From positions 231,003-295,002 of IMG/VR virus record IMGVR_UViG_3300005512_005684: a stretch of DNA of 64,000 nt; one strand, written 5' to 3'. Origin of the DNA: a virus. Taxonomy: Duplodnaviria > Heunggongvirae > Uroviricota > Caudoviricetes. The notes beneath the pieces are model-generated. The model was not told the DNA's origin and made no database searches. It saw nothing but the letters and a program-made list of their open reading frames with translations. The position numbers and the translations under genes were made by a program. Position 1 is the stretch's first letter; every line of letters starts with the position of its first letter. Positions 12,540 through 23,600 of the stretch are shown one piece after another.

Positions 12540-15365
12540 ATGCCAGATAGACAAACAGACACTATCGCCAGTAGGGGACGGCCAGCAACATTAGTCGAAG
12601 AAGACAACGGTGGGAATAGGAATGGGAATGGGAATGGGAATGGGAATGGGAATGGGAACGGGAATAGACCTCGGACTAGACTTGAGGAAGCACCGTGGAA
12701 GATGACAAGGTTGTTCACACAGGACGGTGTAGATGTTTTTGACGGGGTAGAGTGGGAACTACGAACCGCGTCAATTACGAATGACAAGGGAGACGTGATC
12801 TTCGAGCAAGAGAACGTCGAAGTTCCGCGTTCCTGGAGTCAGAATGCAACGAATATCGTTGTGTCGAAGTACTTCCGCGGAGGTAAGGGCACGCCGGATC
12901 GAGAGACGAGCGTGAAGCAGTTAGTGTCTCGTGTGGCAGATACTATTACTCAGTGGGGTGAAGAGGATGGCTATTTTGGTGAAGGGGAAGCTCAGGTCTT
13001 CCGACAGGAGCTAAGACACCTCTTGGTTCAGCAGATGATGTGCTTTAATAGTCCGGTGTGGTTCAACGTTGGGGTGGAAGAGAGACCTCAGTGTTCGGCG
13101 TGCTTCATTAACTCCGTAGAGGACACAATGGAGTCGATCCTCGACTTGGCGAAGATCGAGGGCATGTTGTTCAAGTACGGCTCGGGAACGGGATCGAACC
13201 TGAGTCCGCTCCGCTCGTCAAGAGAACGATTGTCCAGTGGTGGACATGCCTCGGGGCCGGTCTCATTCATGAAAGGCTATGATGCGTTTGCAGGAGTGAT
13301 CAAGTCTGGTGGCAAGACTCGGCGAGCGGCCAAAATGCAGATATTGAATGACAGTCACCCTGACATCATGGAGTTCACGGAGTGTAAGGCGAGAGAGGAA
13401 CGGAAAGCGTGGGCGTTGATCGATGCCGGATATGATGGGAACGTGGCTGGAGAGGCGTATGGCTCCGTGTCGTACCAGAACGCGAATCTTGCGGTGAGAA
13501 TGTCGGACGAGTTCATGCGAGCCGTGGAAGAGGATGCGGATTGGTCAACGATAGCTGTTAAGACAGGGCAACCGGTGGATACCTTCAAGGCTCGTGAGTT
13601 GTTGCGGAAGGTTTCCGGGTGTTCGTGGCAATGTGGGGACCCAGGAGTCCAGTTTGACGACACGATCAATGGCTGGCATACGTGCTCGGGGACAGATCGT
13701 ATCCGTGCCTCTAATCCGTGCAGCGAGTTCATGTTCCTGGACAACACCGCGTGCAATCTGGCTTCGTTGAACCTAATGAAGTTTCGGGATCGTGACGGAG
13801 AGTTCGATTGTGCCGCGCTGAGTCATGCCGTGGACGTGACGATCATGGCAATGGAAATCTTGGTAGATCGGTCGAGTTATCCTACGGCGTTGATCGAGCA
13901 GAATAGCCATGACTTTCGTCCGCTTGGTCTCGGCTTCGCGAACCTTGGGGCGTTTTTGATGGCACGGGGTCTTCCGTATGACAGTGACGAGGCGAGGGCA
14001 TTTGCCGGTGTGGTGACGGCTTTGATGTCTGGGCGGGCTTATTCAATGTCGGCTCGTCTGGCGCGTCGTAAGGGTTTCTTTCCTTCATATCCTGGCAATG
14101 AGATTCCGTTCGCTGAAGTGGTCGGGAAGCACCGTGAGCGGTTATCCACGATCAATGCAGCATTCGTGCCTTCAGTTGTCCTGGAGACCGCTAGGTTGGC
14201 TTGGGAGTCTGCTGAGGCTCTTGGAGAGCGACACGGGTATCGGAACTCTCAGGTTACACTCTTGGCTCCTACGGGAACGACGGCGTTCATGATGGATTGT
14301 GACACGACAGGTATTGAACCTGACATTGCCTTGGTCAAGTACAAGAAACTTGTCGGGGACGGTGTGATGAAGATCGTCAACATGACGGTCTCCGAGGCTT
14401 TGAATCGTCTAGGATACGCGTCGGAACAAGTTGTTAATATCCTGGAGTACCTGGAGCGGAAAGAGACAATTGAGGGTGCACCTGGATTCCGTGACGATCA
14501 TTTGCCGGTGTTCGATTGTGCTTTTGCGCCGAAGAACGGGACACGTTCGATTCACTACAAGGGTCACATTCACATGATGGCGGCGTGTCAGCCGTTCTTG
14601 TCGGGTGCGATCTCGAAGACAGTGAACTTGCCGGAGGATGTCCAGGTTGAAGAGATTGAACGGGTCTTCATAGAGGCGTGGAAGCTCGGCCTGAAGGCGG
14701 TGACGGTGTACCGGGAAAACTGCAAGCGAGTGCAACCGTTGAACGTGTCCAAGGAAGCCGAACGGAAGAAAGTTGATCCGATTCGTGAGAGGTTGCCAAA
14801 AACCCGTCAGTCGTTGACTCACAAATTCTCAATCAGCGGACACGAGGGATATATCACTGCGGGTATGTACGAAGATGGACGCTTGGGTGAGATATTCATT
14901 ACGATGGCCAAACAGGGAAGCACGATTAGTGGTCTCGTGGACGCGTTTGCAACGTCAACGTCGATAGCGTTGCAATACGGAGTTCCGTTCAAAGACCTCG
15001 TTCGGAAGTTCACCTACATGCGTTTTGAGCCATCGGGTTACACCGGGAATGAAGAGGTGCCGAGAGCGAACTCGATCATCGACTACATATTCCGGTGGCT
15101 GGCTGTCAAGTTCCTTCCTCCTGAAGATTGTGACTTCCTTGTGAAGACCAATGGCAATGGTCACGACTTGGCGAAAAATGCTGGAGACAGCAACGGGGAT
15201 ACGGCGGAGTTGAAGGTCGTTGAGCAGGAAGTACAACCTACCTTGACGAGCACTGTGAAGGTTGCGACGGATGCGCCGTTGTGCAACCTATGTGGTACAA
15301 TCATGATTAGGAGTGGCACGTGTCATTCTTGTCCGAATTGTGCCAATACAGGCGGTTGCTCTTAA
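12540..15365 (+). CDS. nrdJ: Adenosylcobalamin-dependent (class II) ribonucleotide reductase
   Basis: FNSPVWFNVG, QCSACFI, SGGKTRRAAKM, SNPCSE, LAPTGT, SGAISKTVN, C-terminal TSCPD-like domain and CxxC-CxxC GGCS tail. Confidence 0.97.
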   Translation: MPDRQTDTIASRGRPATLVEEDNGGNRNGNGNGNGNGNGNGNRPRTRLEEAPWKMTRLFTQDGVDVFDGVEWELRTASITNDKGDVIFEQENVEVPRSWSQNATNIVVSKYFRGGKGTPDRETSVKQLVSRVADTITQWGEEDGYFGEGEAQVFRQELRHLLVQQMMCFNSPVWFNVGVEERPQCSACFINSVEDTMESILDLAKIEGMLFKYGSGTGSNLSPLRSSRERLSSGGHASGPVSFMKGYDAFAGVIKSGGKTRRAAKMQILNDSHPDIMEFTECKAREERKAWALIDAGYDGNVAGEAYGSVSYQNANLAVRMSDEFMRAVEEDADWSTIAVKTGQPVDTFKARELLRKVSGCSWQCGDPGVQFDDTINGWHTCSGTDRIRASNPCSEFMFLDNTACNLASLNLMKFRDRDGEFDCAALSHAVDVTIMAMEILVDRSSYPTALIEQNSHDFRPLGLGFANLGAFLMARGLPYDSDEARAFAGVVTALMSGRAYSMSARLARRKGFFPSYPGNEIPFAEVVGKHRERLSTINAAFVPSVVLETARLAWESAEALGERHGYRNSQVTLLAPTGTTAFMMDCDTTGIEPDIALVKYKKLVGDGVMKIVNMTVSEALNRLGYASEQVVNILEYLERKETIEGAPGFRDDHLPVFDCAFAPKNGTRSIHYKGHIHMMAACQPFLSGAISKTVNLPEDVQVEEIERVFIEAWKLGLKAVTVYRENCKRVQPLNVSKEAERKKVDPIRERLPKTRQSLTHKFSISGHEGYITAGMYEDGRLGEIFITMAKQGSTISGLVDAFATSTSIALQYGVPFKDLVRKFTYMRFEPSGYTGNEEVPRANSIIDYIFRWLAVKFLPPEDCDFLVKTNGNGHDLAKNAGDSNGDTAELKVVEQEVQPTLTSTVKVATDAPLCNLCGTIMIRSGTCHSCPNCANTGGCS
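12612..12665 (+). repeat. Hexanucleotide tandem repeat (GGGAAT)x9 encoding a (GN)n tract in NrdJ
   Basis: Read directly; two variant units (AGGAAT, GGGAAC). Confidence 0.9.
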
Positions 15366-15429
15366 TTACCGCGAAGTAATTAAAATCTTGTAGGTGGCTA
15401 TTAGTGCCTCCTGGAGAGGAGTCCGCTCA

Positions 15430-15771
15430 ATGTACATCAAGGAAGAGTACGGGTGGAAAGACGGTGGCATGATCGCCGATTGGGCGTGTCACGTTTGTCA
15501 CCGTGTGATCTATCCGAAAACCAATGCCAGTGATCTTCCCAGGTCGATTCACAATGATCCGTGCGACCGTTGTGGTGAAATCATGGAACTGGCTTATAGG
15601 TTGGCTGAGAAGTTGAAAATGGAACATGGTGTGCGCGGTAGCATGTACGATCTCAGAGACGAGTTGTCACGCTACTTCAACGGAAAATCTCCTGGATTCA
15701 TGTTGCGACGTGTCTTGAAGCAACACCGCGAGTTAATCGAGGGTGCTAAAGATTCAATCCGTAATGGTTGA
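15430..15771 (+). CDS. Hypothetical zinc-finger protein
   Basis: GAGGAG RBS; CHVC...CDRC. Confidence 0.6.
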   Translation: MYIKEEYGWKDGGMIADWACHVCHRVIYPKTNASDLPRSIHNDPCDRCGEIMELAYRLAEKLKMEHGVRGSMYDLRDELSRYFNGKSPGFMLRRVLKQHRELIEGAKDSIRNG

Positions 15772-15783
15772 CAGGGGGAGACA

Positions 15784-16200
15784 ATGGATATTCTAAAGAA
15801 ACTCACGCCGAAGTTGGCCGCGATTGTGTTGTGTTTCAGTGTGATCTTGCTGGCTGCGGTGTTGTGTCTTGCCGTGGTGCGTGGCTCGGCAATCAGTCTA
15901 TTCGGAATCGAGATTGCATCTTCGATTCCGAAGCAGATGCGAATGTACATTAGTTTCAGTGAGCCAGTCAATGCCATTGACCCTTCAATACGTGTCAATG
16001 GTTATATGCGTCTATCAGAGCATAGCTTGAAGCGGCTGGAGATAGTTCGAGGGAATGAAGTCGGTGGTATGTTCGTTGACCTGAACGTCGGGGAAGAAAC
16101 GAATCCGATCTTTTTCGAGATTGTGGACAACGGTAAGAAATGGGTTACAGAGGACTATTCGAGTTCGTTTGCACACCTCACTGCTTATCGGATACACTAG
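15784..16200 (+). CDS. Membrane-anchored hypothetical protein
   Basis: GGGGAG RBS, N-terminal TM helix. Confidence 0.65.
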   Translation: MDILKKLTPKLAAIVLCFSVILLAAVLCLAVVRGSAISLFGIEIASSIPKQMRMYISFSEPVNAIDPSIRVNGYMRLSEHSLKRLEIVRGNEVGGMFVDLNVGEETNPIFFEIVDNGKKWVTEDYSSSFAHLTAYRIH

Positions 16201-16202
16201 CC

Positions 16203-16619
16203 ATGAAGATCAAGATGCTGCTAGTTGGATTGTTATTCACATTCAGCGTGTCTTCGTTGGCTGAAGTGGTCAAGGTTGCTCCGAAGAACTGGGCAAAGGA
16301 AGTGAAGAAAGGGTGGTGGGAGTGGGGTATCTATCTGGACGGAGCGCCGGGAGAGTTAGACAAGGTTGATCGTGTTGTTTACAAGTTGCACAAGAGTTTC
16401 CGAAACCGGTATCAGGTACGAGAGAATCGAAGCGAACAATTTGAGCTTCGAGCGAACGGGTGGGGGACGTTCACGGTTGAGGTTATGATCTTCGTGAAGG
16501 GGTCGAAGGAAGGCAAGACATGGATCGAGAGCGTAACAGGGAAGTACATCGTGTTGAAACACTCGTTGAGGTTTCACGGTGTCCCGAAGGATCGGGTGAA
16601 GTGGGAAGGTTCTCCGTAG
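16203..16619 (+). CDS. Secreted prokaryotic YEATS (pYEATS) domain protein
   Basis: Signal peptide; WEWGIYL..VDRVVYKLHKSF...FELRANGWGTFTV matches the YEATS V.Y.LH.SF / GWG.F signature. Confidence 0.8.
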   Translation: MKIKMLLVGLLFTFSVSSLAEVVKVAPKNWAKEVKKGWWEWGIYLDGAPGELDKVDRVVYKLHKSFRNRYQVRENRSEQFELRANGWGTFTVEVMIFVKGSKEGKTWIESVTGKYIVLKHSLRFHGVPKDRVKWEGSP

Positions 16620-16662
16620 GTGCGTTAGACGGCGTTTTAGGCCGGTGTAGAGTGTTCTTCGT

Positions 16663-16989
16663 ATGAGGAAGATGATGGGTAACGAGATTCCCTTTGGTGA
16701 CAGCAATCCTTACAGGTTGCTAATTGACCTGGAGATTTGTTCGTGGGACGATCTGGAGTTCTCCCAGGCCGACCCGCTTGACTTTCTTCGTGCTCTGGAG
16801 ATACTTCCACGAGAACCGGCTCAAAAGATGGTCAAGGGGCCGCATGGAGCCTTTGCCACGGTACCAATGTTCTGCGATAGGTCTGACAGGGGAGAACAGG
16901 TGTGCATCCGATTGTGTGGCAACCTCGGGGCCGAGCGGCGTCCGTGTTGCTCCTTTTGGCTGCGACTGAAAGAGTCACTGGAGGACTAG
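16663..16989 (+). CDS. Cys-rich hypothetical protein
   Basis: ORF in gene run; C-terminal Cys cluster. Confidence 0.55.
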   Translation: MRKMMGNEIPFGDSNPYRLLIDLEICSWDDLEFSQADPLDFLRALEILPREPAQKMVKGPHGAFATVPMFCDRSDRGEQVCIRLCGNLGAERRPCCSFWLRLKESLED

Positions 16990-16992
16990 CAG

Positions 16993-17163
16993 ATGGCAAA
17001 GGTAGAAAGAGGGGAGCGTCTCAAGGGAGACGAGATCAAGAAAAAGGATAAGGTCGGTAAGTGCTTTGGTCGGTTCATTAGGAAACATCCAGATTGCATT
17101 CAGTGTTTTGCAAAAGACTTGTGCGATCAGGTGACGAAAGAACGGAGACGTGCGGGGGGATAG
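16993..17163 (+). CDS. Small basic Cys4 protein (56 aa, below ORF-track cutoff)
   Basis: GAGG RBS; MAKVERGERL...KCFG...DCIQCFAKDLC...; fills the gap between neighbours. Confidence 0.6.
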   Translation: MAKVERGERLKGDEIKKKDKVGKCFGRFIRKHPDCIQCFAKDLCDQVTKERRRAGG

Positions 17164-17166
17164 TCA

Positions 17167-17388
17167 ATGGAGTTGAAAGTATCCAAGTTGGTTTGCTCTC
17201 GTTGTGGTGCACGTTTCGAGAGAGACGAAGGGGTGTATGTTGAAGGATATGCAGTTGTTGCTAGGCGGTTCAAGGTGAGAGACAGAACCAAGATGCCGTC
17301 CGGTAAACTTGAAGCGAATAGCGTCAGACTGCTTTGTCAGACGTGTAAGGCGGAAGAGGAAGAGGAACAAGAACGGCTATTGAAGTAG
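17167..17388 (+). CDS. Small zinc-finger protein
   Basis: CSRC...CQTC. Confidence 0.6.
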   Translation: MELKVSKLVCSRCGARFERDEGVYVEGYAVVARRFKVRDRTKMPSGKLEANSVRLLCQTCKAEEEEEQERLLK

Positions 17389-17392
17389 CGCT

Positions 17393-17749
17393 ATGCCTGA
17401 GACAAAGAAACTACCTAAGCGTTACCCGGTATTGTCTTATCGGGAATTACTGAAGCTATTCTTGTCGTTCTTCATTGACGATACGGTTCTCATATCGTTT
17501 GGACCGCAGAATCAAAGGGTGTCTAATTGCATCCAGATTCGCAACATGAAGATGACGGTGAAAGACGTGTATCTGGCCGCGGGAGTTGTGGTGGTCGTCG
17601 GGCGCGTAGATAAGTTTCTCCAGGAAGTTCGGATTCCTACAGAAAGACTGGCGGTGTTTCCAACTCAGGGCAAGGTGTGTTACTGGACGGGTGAGTGGGG
17701 CTATGTGTCGTTTACCATCCGCTCGTTTGCGGATGACGGCACGGATTGA
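17393..17749 (+). CDS. Hypothetical protein
   Basis: ORF tightly packed in run. Confidence 0.55.
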   Translation: MPETKKLPKRYPVLSYRELLKLFLSFFIDDTVLISFGPQNQRVSNCIQIRNMKMTVKDVYLAAGVVVVVGRVDKFLQEVRIPTERLAVFPTQGKVCYWTGEWGYVSFTIRSFADDGTD

Positions 17750-17775
17750 TTGTCATGGTAATACAGGAGCGTGAT

Positions 17776-18351
17776 ATGAAGGATATGGTGGAAGTAACTC
17801 TGCCTTCAGAACGTGGCAAGAGGACGAAAGCAAGCGACCAACGGATCGCGGTGTTCATTGACGTACAAAACATGTTCTATTCGACGTACAAGCTCTACCG
17901 TGGAAGACTCCGGTATGGACAGTTGCTCGACTTCGTAGTCGCAGGCCGCAAGGTGTTCCAGGCCACGGCGTACGTGGTTGAACAAGAGGGGAAGTCACAA
18001 AGACCTTTCAAGGTTGCGTTGGCCGACTATGGGTACCGGATCAAATCCAAGATGTTGACAGAGCGTTCAGACGGTTCCAGGAAAGGTGATTGGGATATGG
18101 GTATTGCTCTGGACGTGGTGAAGTGTACGTTGCTTGCTCCGCGAGTAGACGTGATCGCGCTCGTTACTGGTGATGGTGACTTTACGGACTTGGCACACTT
18201 GCTGGTGGAGAACAACTTTGAGGTCGAGGTCTATAGTTATGAGGACTACACTGCTATGAGTCTGAAGCGTGTGGCCAAGTTCTTTGAGATACCAGAGCGG
18301 GTCGTGTTTCAACACGAGGACGAAGAGGACGATGAATACCGGGAAGACTGA
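17776..18351 (+). CDS. NYN domain (LabA/DUF88, PIN-like) protein
   Basis: VFIDVQN, KGDWDMGIALD, LVTGDGDF. Confidence 0.92.
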   Translation: MKDMVEVTLPSERGKRTKASDQRIAVFIDVQNMFYSTYKLYRGRLRYGQLLDFVVAGRKVFQATAYVVEQEGKSQRPFKVALADYGYRIKSKMLTERSDGSRKGDWDMGIALDVVKCTLLAPRVDVIALVTGDGDFTDLAHLLVENNFEVEVYSYEDYTAMSLKRVAKFFEIPERVVFQHEDEEDDEYRED

Positions 18352-18886
18352 GGATTCTAACGAAGCCATCTACGAGAACGCTGTAGAACTTTTCAAGAGA
18401 CTGACAATGCGTCCGATTGCCAGCGAGATCGCTGGTACTATCAAGCTCGCAGTCGAGACGGACGATATGGCTTTGCGAGTGTTTCGGATGACTGCTTCAG
18501 TGCCGTTGGAAGGCCCGGGTGGCTATCGTGGGGAGATTGTCGCACCGTGGGCGGGAATCCACCGGATGCAATTAGCGGCTATGGTTCGGAACTTACTCGA
18601 CCTGGAATTTGAGGTTCACCGTGCGAAGCAGGACAAGAGATACTTTGAGGCAGTGTTCGGTATCTGGGAGCAGTACGACACTGAGACCGTTTTGCTTTTC
18701 CTCACGGATGTTGTTCGTTTCACGGCCTTGAATGCAGCGATCTGGATGTCCCAGGCGTATCGGATCATAGAGACGAGTCTTGGTCATGGTGACGTGTTGC
18801 ACTCGTCGCAGGAGATCAACTTACTAGAGGAAGCTCGGGAGAAATGGAAACAGGAGGAACCGACAGATGAAGGAAGTCCTGGGTAA
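18332..18886 (+). CDS. Hypothetical protein
   Basis: GAGGA RBS; overlaps neighbours. Confidence 0.6.
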   Translation: MNTGKTEDSNEAIYENAVELFKRLTMRPIASEIAGTIKLAVETDDMALRVFRMTASVPLEGPGGYRGEIVAPWAGIHRMQLAAMVRNLLDLEFEVHRAKQDKRYFEAVFGIWEQYDTETVLLFLTDVVRFTALNAAIWMSQAYRIIETSLGHGDVLHSSQEINLLEEAREKWKQEEPTDEGSPG

Positions 18887-19304
18887 GAACATCGTTGTGG
18901 CCAAGGGTGCTTTACGCGACCCGGAGTTCGCCAGCAAGAATGTGAACGTGGTGTACGGTTTCAAGGTGACAGGTAAGGTGAGGCCGGACTTTCCTCCGTT
19001 GAATTTGCAACTCGTTCTCGTGTGTGCCGAGGGGGTTACGTTTGGAGAGAGTGACGCTACTCAGTACACACATGCAGCTACGCTTGCTAATGACGAGTCC
19101 GCTGGATTCTATGTGACCTTCCATCCTGGGGAGCTAGGAGTCGGTAAGGTTAAGTTGGCCGAGTTGGTCGTGAGTTATCTTGACCCGAATGGAAAAGAGA
19201 TCATGAATGAGACCTACGACGCCGACTTAACCATCGTTCGGAATCCGGCGCTCGTTGGGAACAAGGAATCGGAGTTATTCGAGGGGCTTGAGGAAGTGAC
19301 GTGA
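18867..19304 (+). CDS. Hypothetical beta-rich protein
   Basis: AGGAGG RBS. Confidence 0.65.
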   Translation: MKEVLGKNIVVAKGALRDPEFASKNVNVVYGFKVTGKVRPDFPPLNLQLVLVCAEGVTFGESDATQYTHAATLANDESAGFYVTFHPGELGVGKVKLAELVVSYLDPNGKEIMNETYDADLTIVRNPALVGNKESELFEGLEEVT

Positions 19305-19564
19305 AGCGAGTGCTTGTGGTACTTTACGCGTTTGACACCCCGGACGTAAATCGTCGTCGAACAGGAAGACGTGTCCTAGACCTTCGAGCGAAGGGCTTAC
19401 AGGGAAATTTGGCCCTGGTTGTGTCCAGGGTGAGGCAGTCGGTGATTGACTATGAACCGACGAAGGTTGTGTTACATGCGTCGGATGCCTTGTATGGGTT
19501 GTTACGTGCGATGGTGTCCGAAGAGTTTCCTGGTATCGAACTGGAGGCAGTAAGCAATGGCTAA
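19301..19564 (+). CDS. Hypothetical protein
   Basis: GTGA overlap with previous gene. Confidence 0.55.
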   Translation: MKRVLVVLYAFDTPDVNRRRTGRRVLDLRAKGLQGNLALVVSRVRQSVIDYEPTKVVLHASDALYGLLRAMVSEEFPGIELEAVSNG

Positions 19565-20087
19565 GACAGATGGAGGAATTGAACTCATTGGTGTGGAGGA
19601 GCCGAAAGCCTCAAAGGAAGAGGTGGACGCGGAAGGATGGTACCGTATTGAAACCCCGGCTGGAATGACGTTCGTGGCGAAGGTGTACTTGCCGACGATG
19701 ACGGAACTCCGAGAGCAGACGGAGCAATTGAAGCAAGAACTTGGTGCGGACGAAGTTGACGAGAGCGATGTGCCAGACCCGGAAGACTTCACTATTGAAG
19801 CATGTATGCAGACCGGGAGACCGATCCTCGTAGAGCAACTCATAGTCAGTGTTACAGAGCGACGTGCCAATCAGGTCGTGGTAGGCGCTCGGGACATTAC
19901 GACTATGCCGTTCGGTGATCTGCTGCTGTTCCCGATCAAGTTCAATCCTCGGAATATCGCGTTTTACTCTGAGGTCAACACAGAGTCCCAGGTCTGGCAA
20001 ACGATACGTGACCAGATACTTGGTGAGACGGTGATCGAGATACCTCAAATCGATCCAAGCAAGATTTCTGAACTCAAATCAAAGTAG
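19557..20087 (+). CDS. Hypothetical acidic protein
   Basis: GGAGG RBS. Confidence 0.65.
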   Translation: MAKTDGGIELIGVEEPKASKEEVDAEGWYRIETPAGMTFVAKVYLPTMTELREQTEQLKQELGADEVDESDVPDPEDFTIEACMQTGRPILVEQLIVSVTERRANQVVVGARDITTMPFGDLLLFPIKFNPRNIAFYSEVNTESQVWQTIRDQILGETVIEIPQIDPSKISELKSK

Positions 20088-20098
20088 GAGTGTAAGCC

Positions 20099-20626
20099 AT
20101 GAAGGAACGGACCGCGGTACGGGACTACAAGGAAATGCCGAAGATCGCTCGTGAGATTCGGCGGGCACGTCCTGGCATGAAGGCTCGGATCGTGACCAAG
20201 AAAATCCTGTTCTTGAAGACTACGGGGAACCTTACAGGAGGGACTCGGGCGAAGGTGACTCCGATTCGTTTTCCGTTCTACGTACTTCACCCGGAAGTTG
20301 AGGAACTTTGTTACATTCTCGAAGTGGACAAGCCGGTATGGGACGCGTCGCCCAAGCATGTCAAGAACATGCTTATGCTTCATGAGTTCCTGCACATTCC
20401 CGAGGGAGGTTGTGACCCGGACTCGAATCAGTATCGGAAGACCGTTCCTCACGACATCGAAGATCATTCCGTGATCTTGGCGTTGGCCGCGGATGTGGAT
20501 AAGGAAAGACTTCATTGGTGTCATCCTGACGCAAATTTCCCGGATATTCTGGAGATTGTCGAGCGGGGGCCTCAAAAGGGGACAGGGAGCAAGAAAAAGA
20601 CGCGCAAGAGGAAACCAAAGGAGTAG
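20099..20626 (+). CDS. Putative phage metallopeptidase
   Basis: LMLHEFLHI zincin motif plus downstream PHDIED. Confidence 0.8.
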   Translation: MKERTAVRDYKEMPKIAREIRRARPGMKARIVTKKILFLKTTGNLTGGTRAKVTPIRFPFYVLHPEVEELCYILEVDKPVWDASPKHVKNMLMLHEFLHIPEGGCDPDSNQYRKTVPHDIEDHSVILALAADVDKERLHWCHPDANFPDILEIVERGPQKGTGSKKKTRKRKPKE

Positions 20627-20632
20627 TTTCTC

Positions 20633-23600
20633 ATGGCGAGCGTCAGCTTGGTCATGATCGCAAAGAACGAAGCGGTCAATCTTCCGAAGTGTGTCAATAG
20701 TCTAGTTGGTATTTTTGACGAGTTCATTCTGGTAGATACCGGCTCGACTGACGACACGAAGAAAGTAGCGGAAGAACTGGGGGCCAAGGTCTTTGACTAT
20801 CCCGAACAGGATGGTGAGATTCACTTTGCCAAGTGGCGGAACTATGCCAAGGATCAAGCGACCGGCGAATGGCTCATTTCGATTGATGCAGACGAGTGGT
20901 GTGAGGAAACGTGTAAGGACGAATTACGGAAGGCGATTGAGACGGCACCTGAGGATGTTGATCTGCTTTTGTTACGGAGCTATGTCGGCTCTCGTAGTTT
21001 GGACGATACTCCCTCAATGATTCAGTACGTCCAAAAGGTCTTCCGCAACAAGCCGGGAGTAAAGTGGGTTTCCGGTCGTCACAACTTCCTCATGGTGCCA
21101 GGTAAAACTCGGGAGTGCCCGAATGTCGTCTGGTACCACTTACACGGGGTGCGGAGTAAGGAAGCCAAGACAGAGCGGAGTGTGGGTCGTCAGTCGAACA
21201 TTGAGTTCTTCGAGAAAGAGGTTGAGAAAAACCCGAAGAGTGCGCGTTCACTGTTCTACCTGGGGAATTCGTATCGGGAGAACGGTCGTGGTGAGGATGC
21301 TATTAACACGTACATGCGTTATCTGGACGTGGGGTCGTGGGACGAAGAACGGGCGCAGGTGGCGATCTATCTTGCCGGTTGCCTGAGTGTTGTGAGGCGA
21401 TATGACGAAGCGCGTTTCGTGTTGCTGCGTGGTATGGCCGACATGTACAACCGGGCGGAGTTGTACCTGCAAATGGGCGAAGTATGTAGTCGCCTGGGTA
21501 ACCTAGCGGAAGCGACTCACTGGTACCGTGTGGCGACGATGGTGCCATTTCCCCAGAACGCCAAGTTGTTCTTGTCGTCGAATGCGTACTCGTCTGAGCC
21601 GTACGTTCGATTGTCCGTGAATTTGTGGCATCGGAAGCTCTACAGGGAAGCCTCTGAGGCCAGTTACAAGGCGCTTGAATTCCTACCGAACAATCGCCGA
21701 ATCCGGCGTAATCTGTCCATATCGTATCTTGCTTCCGGCGAACATCCTTTTACGTGTACTCGTGAATGGGAGCCAGGGGACTTTGATGTGGTGAAGTCTA
21801 TCGAGGGGGCGACGAAGGCAGTGTTCTTCCAGGAGCAAAGCCTGGAAGTACTTGATGGGTTGCCGGGGTGGGATATTAGACAGTGTGTCTTGAATGGTGA
21901 CGACGGTGATCAGTGTCATAACACTTCCCCGTTGTGGGGGCCGAAGAAATGCGAAGGTTATGAGGTCTTCGTGTATGCTCCTGGTTTACTTGATCTGGAA
22001 GACGAGTTTTTGACGAGAGTATGTCTCGCCGATATGGTTTCTTTCAGACCGAAGAAAGCAGTCATCTTTACGTACCGTGACGACACGATGGTGAGCTTAC
22101 TTGAGTCAACAGGGTGTCGGGTTTTGTCGAATGATCCAGGGAAGGGAGAACAGGAAAGCGTGATCGTTGCGGAGCCTCAGGGTGAGGTTTTCAAGATGGT
22201 CGGTAAGCGTCCATATTTCCTTTTTGGGTCGGAGGACAAAGGCCCCTCTGGAGGTGAGGGAGAGGGCGTGTCTAAGGTGCGACAGGCAGACAAGCCAAAA
22301 ACGGAGCCTAAGAAAGAGATTAAAGACCTCGGACGGGTATTGTTCCTGGGGTACGACGAGGCGTTGTCGAAGAGATACCCAGAGGCAAAATGTGTCGATG
22401 TCAACGACACCGTACCTGATACAGTGTTTGTTATTTTTGATGACTCGTGGCTTCCGTTCGAGGATTCGGCGTTTGACGTGGTGGTGCAGGTGAGTGACAA
22501 AGTGAAGGTTTCTTCCTCTGAGCTTACGCGTGTGAGTGGTAGCTCCAAGACGATACCCGTTGAAGGGATTTCAGGAGTACCGGCTCCGAAGGAGACCAAA
22601 GGACTGACGGTAGTCAGAGCACCGCGGTCTCCAATGGTTCTTCCCCCTAAGAAAGCGTCAAAGACTAGGACGGCTACGATCTACTGCGGGGCATCTAGGT
22701 ATCCCTTCGATGGCAATACGATCCATGATGATTCGTATGTGAGAGGATCCAGTAAGTCGGCGATCTACTTTTGTCGGGAACTTGCTCGGGCGGGTTGGGA
22801 GGTTGAAGCGTACACAGAGTGCGAAGGGTGTGAAGTGGACGGTGTGAGGTGGAAGAACTATCGGGAGTTTAGGTCCTCTAACGCGGACGTGTTCGTGTCG
22901 TATCGCCGTCCCCAAAAGTTCGGTAGTGGTTTCAACGTGTTCTATTGCCATGATGCCGGGTTGTACGGCAAAACGAAGTTTGCTGATTTCCACTTGGCTT
23001 TGGCGGTTTCGGAGTGGATGTCAGACAGGTTTCAACGTCACTATCCGAAGTTCCGGGACAAGACACGTGTGTTGCACAACGGCGTGAACCTGGAGCGGAT
23101 TGACGAGCTTGCTGCGAAGGTTGCTGAGCGAGACGAGAATTTGTTCTTCCACCATTTCTCGGTAGACCGTTCGCTCTTGGCATTGCTCTACATTTTCCCG
23201 ATGCTGCACGCAGACAATTCGCGGTTGAAGTTGAAGGTAGCGGGAAATTTCGAGGACTGGTTATTCGAGTGTGACAAGCGTAAAGGACAGGATCGTGAGC
23301 GGGCGGAAAAGACTCGCAGTCTGATTGAGGACGGTATGGAGGGGGTCGAGTTCGTGGGGCCGCAAGGCGAAGAGTACGTGATCGAGAATCTACTACGGTC
23401 GAAGTTATGTCTCTTCCCGAACAATGTGCGAGAGTCTTTTTGCATGGCTGCAATGGAAGCCAAGGCTTGCGGTACCCCCGTGATCGCGAGTAGGATTCCA
23501 GCTTTGACAGAGATAGCCATACCTGGTTCGACGTTGCTGCTATGTGAGACGAAGGGGAATCTGGCGGACTACAGGGACGACACCGGCCCCTACTCGGAGG

